Source: Rhabdothermincola salaria
GTDB taxonomy: Bacteria > Actinomycetota > Acidimicrobiia > Acidimicrobiales > Acidimicrobilacustridaceae
Direction of reading: 5' to 3'
Assembly (NCBI RefSeq): GCF_021246445.1
Contig: NZ_JAJQXW010000002.1
Span: 1 to 64,000, forward strand
DNA length: 64,000 nt
Shown here piece by piece: positions 9,405 through 17,666 of this stretch. How positions within the stretch are numbered: the first letter of the stretch is position 1; each line of letters starts with the position of its first letter. The notes beneath the pieces were generated by a model. That model was not told the DNA's origin. It did not search any database and saw only the letters and a program-made list of their open reading frames with translations. The translations under genes were made by a program, and so were the position numbers.

Positions 9405-10300
9405 TGACCTCCACCACCGACCCCGAGCTCACCCCCTCGTCCGGGCACGACGACGACGTGGCCGGCGGGGAGGCGCCCGCCCACCACGACCTGACCCCAC
9501 CGAAGGTCCGCCCCTGGTGGCTGCACCCCAAGGCGCTCATCGGCGCCGGGATCGCCATCGTGGTGCTCGCCGTGCTGTGGCGCTTCGGCGGCGGGGACGT
9601 CCGCTTCAGCACCGACTCCCGGCCCGCGCCGGGCAGCACCTTCGACTGGAGCTACTTCTGGGCCCTGGTCCCCGACATGCTCCGAGGTCTGGCGGTCACG
9701 GTCCAGGCCACGCTGGCCGGGTTCGCGCTCGCCGCCGTGCTCGGCCTGGTGCTGGCCATCGCCCGCCGCTCCACGATCAAGGTCATCAGTTGGCCGGTGG
9801 CCGGGTTCATCGAGTTCGTGCGCAGCACGCCACTGCTCATCCAGCTGTTCTTCCTCTACTACGTGCTGCCCGGGTGGGGCTTCACGATGGAGGCCCTGGT
9901 CACCTTGATCCTGGGGCTCGGCATCCACTACGCCACCTACGCGTCGGAGGCGTACCGCGCCGGCATCGACAGCGTGCCCAAGGGGCAGTGGGAGGCCACC
10001 ACCGCCCTCAACCTCGGCCCGATCACCACCTGGTCGTCGGTGATCATCCCCCAGGCCATCCCCAACGTCCTGCCTGCGCTCGGCAACAACCTGATCGCCG
10101 CCTTCAAGGACGCCCCCCTCGGCGCGTCCATCCAGGTGACCGGCATCCTGGCCTTCGCCACCGCCGCGGCCGGGCGCAGCTTCGACGCCGGAGTCGAGCC
10201 CTACACGCTCATCGGCATCGGCTTCTTGATGGTCAGCATCCCCTCGGCCTTCGCCGTTCGACGACTGGAGAAGCGACTCGCGTATGAACGAACCAACTGA
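9404..10300 (+). CDS. ehuD: Amino acid ABC permease, EhuD-like
   Basis: EFVRSTPLLIQL, EAYRAGIDSVPKGQWEA; TGATG overlap with the upstream permease. Confidence 0.8.
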   Translation: MTSTTDPELTPSSGHDDDVAGGEAPAHHDLTPPKVRPWWLHPKALIGAGIAIVVLAVLWRFGGGDVRFSTDSRPAPGSTFDWSYFWALVPDMLRGLAVTVQATLAGFALAAVLGLVLAIARRSTIKVISWPVAGFIEFVRSTPLLIQLFFLYYVLPGWGFTMEALVTLILGLGIHYATYASEAYRAGIDSVPKGQWEATTALNLGPITTWSSVIIPQAIPNVLPALGNNLIAAFKDAPLGASIQVTGILAFATAAAGRSFDAGVEPYTLIGIGFLMVSIPSAFAVRRLEKRLAYERTN

Positions 10301-11123
10301 CCCCATCGACGGCGGGGGGCCGACCACGGGCGCCGTGCCGACCTCCGGTTCCGACGTGCCTGCGGTCCGCATGTGCAACGTCCACAAGGCCTTCGGGGAC
10401 AACGTCGTGCTCAGTGATCTCGACCTCGACGTGGGATCCGGCGAGCGCGTCGTCATCATCGGCCCGAGCGGCTCGGGCAAGACGACCATCCTGCGGGTGA
10501 TCATGACCCTCGAGCGCCCCGACTCGGGCACCATCGAGGTCAACGGACGGCACCTCTACCACGAGGTGAAGCACGGCAAGCTCAAGCCCGCCGGCGAGAA
10601 GCACATCCGGGAGGTGCGCTCCGACGTCGGGATGGTCTTCCAGCACTTCGACCTGTTCCCCCACATGACGGCGCTCGAGAACATCACCCTGGCCCCCATC
10701 AAGGTCAAGGGCATGTCCAAGCACGACGCGCGGACCATGGCCATGGAGCTGCTCGAGAAGGTCGGCCTGTCCGCCCACGCCAACCACACCCCCGGCCAGC
10801 TGTCAGGCGGTCAGAAGCAGCGGGTGGCCATCGCCCGGGCCCTGGCCACCGAACCGGCGGTCATGCTCTTCGACGAGGTCACCTCGGCCCTCGACCCCGA
10901 GTTGGTCGGCGAGGTGCTCACCGTGCTGCGCGACATCGCCGAGGACGGCAAGACCACCATGATGCTCGTCACCCACGAGATGGGCTTCGCCAGCGAGGTG
11001 GCCGATCGGGTGCTCATGTTCGACGCCGGCCAGGTGATCGAGTCGGGCACCCCCAGCGAGGTGCTGCGCGACCCGCAGAACGAGCGGACCAAGGCCTTCC
11101 TGGGCGCCGTGTTCGAGCACTGA
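10284..11123 (+). CDS. ehuA: Ectoine ABC transporter ATP-binding protein
   Basis: GPSGSGKTT, LSGGQKQR, MLFDEVTSALDPE. Confidence 0.85.
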   Translation: MNEPTDPIDGGGPTTGAVPTSGSDVPAVRMCNVHKAFGDNVVLSDLDLDVGSGERVVIIGPSGSGKTTILRVIMTLERPDSGTIEVNGRHLYHEVKHGKLKPAGEKHIREVRSDVGMVFQHFDLFPHMTALENITLAPIKVKGMSKHDARTMAMELLEKVGLSAHANHTPGQLSGGQKQRVAIARALATEPAVMLFDEVTSALDPELVGEVLTVLRDIAEDGKTTMMLVTHEMGFASEVADRVLMFDAGQVIESGTPSEVLRDPQNERTKAFLGAVFEH

Positions 11124-11182
11124 CCACGAAAGGCCGCCCGCTGGCGACGGAGCGGACCGGCGCCGTGATGCCGCGCGAGCGC

Positions 11183-11785
11183 TCAGTAGGCCGTGAGGGT
11201 GCGGCCGAGGCGGTCGAGCGTGGACAGCGCCCGGGGGTTGCGGGCCACTCGCCGATAGAGGCGCTCGGCGAGGTCGTCGGCCTCACGAGCCTCGGCGGCG
11301 GCCTCGAGATCGGCGCCGAACTGGGCCACGATCCGACGCTCGGCCTCCAGCACCTCGGCGGTGGGCTCGGGGTTCGGGAGGTCGAGCGGCAGCTCGTCGA
11401 GCTCGTCCGCGTCGAACCAGATGAACTGGTTGGCCACGTCGACGTCGAGGTGGACCTCACCGGTGTCGACCCCGTCGCCGGGCTCGCCCTCGAGGGCCTC
11501 GTCGTCGTCGTAGGGCAGCACGAAGTGGGCCATCGGCCGCCCGTCGAACGGGCTCGGCCGGGTGCCCGGTCCGGCCGCCCGGGCCAGCTCCCACAGGCGG
11601 GCGATCTCGTCCTCCTGGAGGCGCTCGTAGGACTCCGACAGGGTCATGGCCAGCCCATGGCCGGCAGGGCACGACCACCGGTCGAGCGCGCCGTGGCTGC
11701 CGAGCCGGAGCTCCAGGCCGCAGTCGGGGCACCGGGGCATGGTCACGGGCACCGACGGCCGGCGTGAGGGCGGGGTGGACGTCAC
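11183..11785 (-). CDS. Hypothetical protein with zf-TFIIB-like zinc ribbon(s)
   Basis: CPDC...WSCPAGHG, then a second Cys-free copy SPFDGRPM...LDVDVANQFIWFDADEL. TAGCGT lies 6 nt before the GTG. Confidence 0.7.
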   Translation of the reverse strand: MTSTPPSRRPSVPVTMPRCPDCGLELRLGSHGALDRWSCPAGHGLAMTLSESYERLQEDEIARLWELARAAGPGTRPSPFDGRPMAHFVLPYDDDEALEGEPGDGVDTGEVHLDVDVANQFIWFDADELDELPLDLPNPEPTAEVLEAERRIVAQFGADLEAAAEAREADDLAERLYRRVARNPRALSTLDRLGRTLTAY

Positions 11786-11843
11786 GCCCGAACGCTACCC
11801 CAGCAGGTGCGCTGACGACCGGCTCCCCGGCGGCCTGCCGGGA

Positions 11844-12557
11844 TCAGAGCGGGACCAGCTCGAAGCCGACGGCGGCGGCCACGCCGAGGAGGGGACCGGA
11901 CTCCTCGGCCATGCCCCGCAGGAAGGGTTCGGGGTCCTTGCCCACGGTGCCCTCCGGGAGGGCGTCGAGGTAGGACTGGTGGGCGCGCAGCGACGCCACT
12001 CCAGCATCGATGGTGTCGGTGACGTCGACCGCGTGGGTCACCTCGGGCGATCCGGCGAACACGGCGAAGCGCGTCCCGCTCCACGGGTCGCCCCCCGCCC
12101 CGGGGAACAACCACCGGTTGCCCGCGTCGCGGGCGGCGTCGATCAGGGCCGTGCCCACCACCCGGTGGTCGACGTGGTTGAACCCCGCCGGCCACCGGTC
12201 GCGGAAGTTGATGCCGATCAGCACGTCGGGTCGGTGCCGGCGGATGCTCGCGGCCAGATCCCGCCGGAGCTCGATGGAGGGCTCCACCAACCCGTCGGGA
12301 TGGGTGAGGAACTCCACCTCCTGGACCCCGACGACCTCGGCCGAACGACGCTCGTCCTCCTGGCGCAGTCGGGCGCACTCGTCGGGCGCCAGCGAGTCGA
12401 TGCCGGCTTCGCCGGACGTGACCAGGCAGTACACGACGGTCTTGCCCTGACCGGTCCAACGGGCGATCGCGCTCGCCGCGCCGTACTCGAGGTCGTCGGG
12501 GTGGGCCACCACCGCCAACGCCCGCTGCCAGTCCTCCGGTACCTGTTCGACGACCAT
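11844..12557 (-). CDS. PIG-L family deacetylase
   Basis: VVAHPDDLE, TSGEAG, NHVDH. Confidence 0.9.
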   Translation of the reverse strand: MVVEQVPEDWQRALAVVAHPDDLEYGAASAIARWTGQGKTVVYCLVTSGEAGIDSLAPDECARLRQEDERRSAEVVGVQEVEFLTHPDGLVEPSIELRRDLAASIRRHRPDVLIGINFRDRWPAGFNHVDHRVVGTALIDAARDAGNRWLFPGAGGDPWSGTRFAVFAGSPEVTHAVDVTDTIDAGVASLRAHQSYLDALPEGTVGKDPEPFLRGMAEESGPLLGVAAAVGFELVPL

Positions 12558-12606
12558 GCCCAACCCTAGTGATCCGGCCCAGGGACGGGCGGACGGACGG
12601 GATGTG

Positions 12607-13824
12607 TCAGCCGAAGCGGTCGGCGAGGTGCTCGACCTGGCCGTCGTGGTGATCGAGCAGCACGTCGTTGTAGTGGCGCCCGCCGCGGTGGTGGCCGCCC
12701 TCGGGCGGGACGAAGGCCAGCAGGGCGCTGACCCGGTGGGGCCCCTGGGAAGAGGTCGGGGGCAGCGACGCATGCATGAGGTCGGAGTAGTGCAGCGAGA
12801 CGTCGCCCGCGGCGACGGTGACGGGGACCCCGGTGGGGGCGGCGTGGTGGCGTCCGTCGACGAACGGGAACGTCCCCCGGTGCGAACCGGGCAGCACCCG
12901 CAGCTCCCCCGCCTCCGGGGTGCCCTCGGTGAGGCAGATGGTGACGATCACCGTGGGGCAGTTCAGGGCGTGCCCGCCGAGGCCGCAGTCGCGATGCCAG
13001 GGAAGGTCGGCCAGGCCCTCCACCACGTCGGGCCGCTTCCACAGCACGGTGCCGCTGTCGAGGGCGTCGGGATCGCGGCCTACGAGCGGCTCGGGCACCA
13101 CCGAACGGAGGGCAGCGATGCGGGGATCGTCGGAGAGGCCCCGGAACCGCTCGAAGCGGTTGGCGTCGAGGACCCGGCACAGCACCTCGCGTCCCGAGCT
13201 GTCGCGACCCCACCACGACGCGCCGTCGCCCGGGGTCGCCTCGGCCTGCATGACCTCTGCGTCGGCCAGCATCGCCTCGACCTCCTCGGCGGCGAACACC
13301 CCGCGCACCACCAGGTAGCCGGCCGTGGTGAGGAAGTGGCGCAGCGTGTCGGGCCGACGCTCGCAGTCGTCGAGGGTGAACGACCGGGTGGGGTCGAGTG
13401 GGGACCCGTCGGTGTCGCGGAGGTCGACGCGGTCGGGGTCGAACGGGGGCAGGCCGTGGAACATGGCTCGCAGGCCCGGCTCCCACCGCACGAAGCGCAG
13501 CGGCTTGCCCCGGGTGGCGGTGGCCCGACCGCTGTAGAAGAGCCCGGGGGCGGTGTCGAGGTCGGAGATCAGACCCAACCACGAGTCGAGGTCCATCTCG
13601 ATCACCGTGTCGGCATCGTCGCCGGGCCGCACCGTGACGGTGCCGTCCTCGGGCACGAAGGTGTAGGCGCCGGCCGGGGTGGAGATGGCCAGCGAGCCGA
13701 GGGCCACGACGTCGGGGAGGGCCAGCGGCCCGTTGCCGGCGGCGAGTCGGGCCGGCAGCTCGACGGTGTGGAAGTACTGGAACGACCCGGCGTCGGCGGT
13801 CAAGGGCGTGGCGGTCGCAGCCAT
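12607..13824 (-). CDS. Phytanoyl-CoA dioxygenase (PhyH) family with N-terminal SCP2-like domain
   Basis: LPWHRD, LRVLPGSH, AGDVSLH...HAS Fe(II)/2-OG motifs; about 125-aa extra N-terminal domain. Confidence 0.8.
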   Translation of the reverse strand: MAATATPLTADAGSFQYFHTVELPARLAAGNGPLALPDVVALGSLAISTPAGAYTFVPEDGTVTVRPGDDADTVIEMDLDSWLGLISDLDTAPGLFYSGRATATRGKPLRFVRWEPGLRAMFHGLPPFDPDRVDLRDTDGSPLDPTRSFTLDDCERRPDTLRHFLTTAGYLVVRGVFAAEEVEAMLADAEVMQAEATPGDGASWWGRDSSGREVLCRVLDANRFERFRGLSDDPRIAALRSVVPEPLVGRDPDALDSGTVLWKRPDVVEGLADLPWHRDCGLGGHALNCPTVIVTICLTEGTPEAGELRVLPGSHRGTFPFVDGRHHAAPTGVPVTVAAGDVSLHYSDLMHASLPPTSSQGPHRVSALLAFVPPEGGHHRGGRHYNDVLLDHHDGQVEHLADRFG

Positions 13825-13956
13825 CGGTCCAGCCTAGGGCGCCGCCGCTCACATGTGACGGGCGTCTCACCTGACCCCGGGGCGACCCGCGGCCGGGGCC
13901 CACCCCCACCCCGGGGATCCGCTCCGGTCGTGGCCGATCCCGGCGAGACTGGGCCC

Positions 13957-15171
13957 ATGACCCACCGGGGACCGCTGGAACGAGTGCTGGGCGCCATCGT
14001 GCAACCCGTCGTCGGCGCGGTCGACGTCGACGACGTGGTGAGCCAGGTCGACATCGACCAACTCGTCGCGGAGGTCGACGTGGACGCCGTCATCCGGCGT
14101 GTCGACGTCGACGACGTGGTCAAGCGCGTCGACGTCGACGACGTGATCCGGCGCGTCGACGTGAACTCGGTGATGGACAGGGTGGACGTCGACGGGGTGG
14201 TGCAACGCGTCGACGTGAACGGTCTCGTCGATCGCGTCGACGCCAACGCGCTCGTGGCCCGCGTCGACCCCAACGCCCTCGTCGCGCGCCTCGACGTCGA
14301 CGAGCTGATGGCCCGGGTTGACGTCGAGGCCCTCATGGCCCGCGTCGACCTCGACGACCTCCTCGCCCGGGTCGACCTCGACCAGCTGCTCGCTCGCGTC
14401 GACCTCGACGCCGTGCTGGCCCGCGTCGACGTCGAGACGCTCGTCCGTCGGGCCAACATCGACGCCATCGTGCGCAACGCCAGCCGCGGCGTGTTCGCCA
14501 CCACCATCGACCTCGTCCGCCGGCAGCTCGTGGGGCTGGACTTCCTCGCGACCAGGCTCGTCGCCCGGGTCTTCCGGCGGGCGCCCGACCAGACGACCCT
14601 CGTCAGCGGCACGGTCACCGGACGGGTCGGGGGACCGATCAGCCGCCTGGTCGCCTTCGTGATCGACACCGCGCTGCTCAGCCTCGCCTACGGCCTCTTC
14701 GCCGCCTTCTTCGTGTTCGTCGCCCAGGCCATCACGGGACGATCCGTGGAGGCGCCCGACCTCGGGGCGGCCGTCGTGGGCAGCTACACGTTCCTCGGCT
14801 TCCTCTACTACTGGATCGGTCTCAGCATCACGGGCAAGTCGGTCGGCAAGGGCCTGGTGGGCCTTCGGGTGGTGGCCAACGACCGGTCCCCCATCACCCC
14901 CGGGCGCGCCGCGGTGCGCATGATCGTCTACCCCTTCAGCTTCATCCTGGGGCTCGGCCTCATCCCGATCGTCACCGGTCGTCGCCATCGGGCGCTCCAC
15001 GACGTGGCCGGTCGCGACGTCGTGCTCTACGACTGGGGTGACCGACCCGCCGAGATGCCCGCGCCGCTCACCGCCTTCCTGCGCCGTCAGGCCGGCATCG
15101 ACCTCGACGAGCCCGCCCCGGCCGGGGTGTCGCCGCCGTCGGACCCTCCGTCGACCCCTTCGGCCGCCTGA
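13957..15171 (+). CDS. RDD family membrane protein with N-terminal nonapeptide repeats
   Basis: ISRLVAFVID, GKSVGKGLVGLRVV, RALHDVAG; preceded by 17 VDxDxhhxR repeats. Confidence 0.85.
   Translation: MTHRGPLERVLGAIVQPVVGAVDVDDVVSQVDIDQLVAEVDVDAVIRRVDVDDVVKRVDVDDVIRRVDVNSVMDRVDVDGVVQRVDVNGLVDRVDANALVARVDPNALVARLDVDELMARVDVEALMARVDLDDLLARVDLDQLLARVDLDAVLARVDVETLVRRANIDAIVRNASRGVFATTIDLVRRQLVGLDFLATRLVARVFRRAPDQTTLVSGTVTGRVGGPISRLVAFVIDTALLSLAYGLFAAFFVFVAQAITGRSVEAPDLGAAVVGSYTFLGFLYYWIGLSITGKSVGKGLVGLRVVANDRSPITPGRAAVRMIVYPFSFILGLGLIPIVTGRRHRALHDVAGRDVVLYDWGDRPAEMPAPLTAFLRRQAGIDLDEPAPAGVSPPSDPPSTPSAA
14020..14478 (+). repeat. 17 degenerate 27-bp in-frame tandem repeats
   Basis: VDVDDVVSQ through ANIDAIVRN with a strict 9-codon period. 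Confidence 0.9.
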
Positions 15172-15229
15172 TCGCCGCCCTCCAGGCGAGCGCCCGCCGG
15201 CCCGCCGGCGTCCCTGCCAGCATGGGGCC

Positions 15230-15637
15230 ATGAGCGATCCCGAGGTCTTCCACCTGCCGGACGTGCCCGTGCACCTGGGCCTCGGGGCCCGCGCCGTGCC
15301 CCAGGAGCGCTTCGACGGGTCCCTCGCCTGGTACGACCGCTACGTCGAGCGCACCGACGCCGACGGCAGCGAGGGCCGCCTCGTGTCCATGGCCACGTTC
15401 GACGCGCCCTGGGTGGTGTGGGAGGTGCACCCCAGCGGCGACGAGCTGGTGGTGTGCCTGACGGGCACCATCACCTTGCACCAGGAGCACCCGGACGGGA
15501 CCGAGTCCATGGCGGTGCTGCACCCCGGCGACGCCGTGGTCAACGCGCCGGGCGTGTGGCACACCGCCGACGTCGACGAGCGGGCCATCGCCCTGTTCGT
15601 GACCGCCGGGGTCGGGACCGAGCACCGCCCGCGGTGA
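15230..15637 (+). CDS. Cupin domain protein
   Basis: WEVHPSGDELV and NAPGVWHT cupin motifs. Confidence 0.85.
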   Translation: MSDPEVFHLPDVPVHLGLGARAVPQERFDGSLAWYDRYVERTDADGSEGRLVSMATFDAPWVVWEVHPSGDELVVCLTGTITLHQEHPDGTESMAVLHPGDAVVNAPGVWHTADVDERAIALFVTAGVGTEHRPR

Positions 15638-15670
15638 CCGCCGCGGGCGCGGGTGGGGCCCCGGTGGCGG

Positions 15671-16603
15671 TCAGGGCTCCAACACGACCTTGATGGCGCC
15701 GGCGGCCCGATCGGCCGCCACCGCGAACGCCTCGGCCGCGGCGTCGAGCGGGAAGCGGTGGGTGATCACCGCATCGGCCAGGTCGGGGCGGGCCCCCAGG
15801 ATCGTGGCGGCCACGTCGATGTCGCGGGAGGGCCCCACCCGGCCGTACATGGTGGACGGGACCAGGGAGACCTCCTTCATGGTGACGGCCAGGCCGGGCA
15901 TGGTGACGTCGCCGTCCCAGTAGCTCCCGAGCAGGACGACGGTGCCACCGGGTCGGGTGGCGTCGACGGCCCGGGCGAGCGCCGAGACGGAGCCGGCGGC
16001 TTCGACCACCACGTCGTAGTGGCCCTCGACCTCCCCGGCCCCCAGACGGGCGGCCGCCTCACGTTGACGGTCGTGGCGGGCCTCGAGGTCGACGGTGGCC
16101 CCGGCGGCCTGGGCCGCCACCAGGGCCATCTGCCCGATGGTGCCGCCCCCGACGACGGCGACGCGGTCGCCCCCGCCGACGCCGCCGCGGCGCACACCGT
16201 GCACGGCGACCGCCAAGGGTTCGACCAGGCTGGCGTCGGCCAGGGCGACGCCGCCGGGCAGGCGGGCCACGGCCGACTCCGGCACGAGCACCTGGTCGGC
16301 CATGCCGCCGTCGAGACCCACGCCCAGGACGATGGCCGGGCCGAGCACGCAGCGGGCGTGGTCGCCGCCCACGCAGGCCGGGCACACGCCGCACGGGGCC
16401 AGGGGCTCGACGGCCACGGGGGTGCCGTCGGGGAGCGTGCCCGCCACCTCGTGGCCGAAGGTGAGGGGGAGCCCGAGGCCCAACAGGTGGAGGTCGGACC
16501 CGCAGATGCCGGCCGAGGCCACCGTCACCCGGACGCCCTCGCCGACGGGCGGATCGACGTCGACCACGACCGGGTGGCCCTCGTGGCAGCGCACCGCCCG
16601 CAT
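15671..16603 (-). CDS. Zinc-dependent alcohol dehydrogenase (MDR)
   Basis: GICGSDLH, GHE, CGVCPAC...C, GGGTIG. Confidence 0.92.
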   Translation of the reverse strand: MRAVRCHEGHPVVVDVDPPVGEGVRVTVASAGICGSDLHLLGLGLPLTFGHEVAGTLPDGTPVAVEPLAPCGVCPACVGGDHARCVLGPAIVLGVGLDGGMADQVLVPESAVARLPGGVALADASLVEPLAVAVHGVRRGGVGGGDRVAVVGGGTIGQMALVAAQAAGATVDLEARHDRQREAAARLGAGEVEGHYDVVVEAAGSVSALARAVDATRPGGTVVLLGSYWDGDVTMPGLAVTMKEVSLVPSTMYGRVGPSRDIDVAATILGARPDLADAVITHRFPLDAAAEAFAVAADRAAGAIKVVLEP

Positions 16604-16619
16604 CAGGACCGCACCCCCG

Positions 16620-17591
16620 TCACAACCAGCCCGCCTTGCGAAACCGGGAGTACATGAACCCGCACACGACCACCATGAACCCGACCACCAGGAAGTAGCC
16701 GTACTGGTAGTCGAGCTCGGGGAGGTTCTCGAAGTTCATGCCGTAGATGCCGGCGATCATGGTCGGCACCGCGGCGATGGCCACCCAGGCCGAGATCTTG
16801 CGCATGTCCCGGTTCTGTTGCACCGAGATCTGGGCCAGGGAGGCATCGAGCGCGCTGGTCAGCAGGTCCGACAGCGTGCGGGCCCGGTTGACGCTGCGGT
16901 CGAGGAGGTCGGCTGCCTCCTCGAGCTCGGCGATCACGTCGGGCGACCAGAACACCCGCCGCCGGCGGACCAACCGGTCGAGCGGTTCGTCGAGGGCGTC
17001 GGTGGCGACCGACATCTCCCGCACCTGGCGCTTCAGCTGGTACACCCGCTTCACGGGCCGTCGGGGCGACTCGTCGAACACCTCCTTCTCCACGTCGAGA
17101 GCGGCTCGCTCGAAGGCATCGAGCACGGGGCGGTAGTCCTCCACCACCTGGCTCACGATGGCGGCCAGCACCGCCGGCGGCCCCAGGGCCAGCTGCTCGG
17201 GGTCGGCCTCGAGCTCGCGACGGGTGCCCGAGAGCGGGCTGGCCTGGCCGTGGCGCACCGACAGCACGAACGAGGTGCCGATGATCACGGACAATTCGCC
17301 GAGCTTGACCTCACCGAGCGCCGTGTTCATGTGGGCGGTGCGCAGCACCAGCGTGGACTGGTCGCCGTCGACCGCGAAGACGGGTCGTTCGTGAGGGGCG
17401 AGCACCTCCTCGACCTCGAGGTCCTGGACCCCGAACAGCTGGAAGCCCTCGGCCAGCTCTTCCTCCGACGGCATGCGCAGGCCCAGCCAGACGAAGGTGT
17501 CGGGCCGTCCCATCCAGTCGCCGATCTCGGCGAGGTGCAGCCGGCCGGTCACGCGCTTGCCGTGCTCGTACGCGGCGCAGTCGACGATCAC
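16620..17591 (-). CDS. corA: Magnesium/cobalt transporter CorA
   Basis: GIYGMNF signature, two C-terminal TM helices; VIVDCAAY start. Confidence 0.92.
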   Translation of the reverse strand: MIVDCAAYEHGKRVTGRLHLAEIGDWMGRPDTFVWLGLRMPSEEELAEGFQLFGVQDLEVEEVLAPHERPVFAVDGDQSTLVLRTAHMNTALGEVKLGELSVIIGTSFVLSVRHGQASPLSGTRRELEADPEQLALGPPAVLAAIVSQVVEDYRPVLDAFERAALDVEKEVFDESPRRPVKRVYQLKRQVREMSVATDALDEPLDRLVRRRRVFWSPDVIAELEEAADLLDRSVNRARTLSDLLTSALDASLAQISVQQNRDMRKISAWVAIAAVPTMIAGIYGMNFENLPELDYQYGYFLVVGFMVVVCGFMYSRFRKAGWL

Positions 17592-17666
17592 CGCGGCATC
17601 GTACGCCGCACCCCTCCGTTCAGGCATGCAATCCGGCGACTGAGGGCGCTACTAGCGTGACGGCCC

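Noticed and set aside
12556..13956. N-terminal half of the 871-aa plus-strand ORF
   Set aside because: Antisense shadow of the PhyH gene; the real RDD gene starts at 13957 behind a -10 hexamer.
14020..14478. Possible CRISPR array
   Set aside because: The repeats are degenerate, contiguous, in-frame 27-mers without unique spacers; no cas genes are present.
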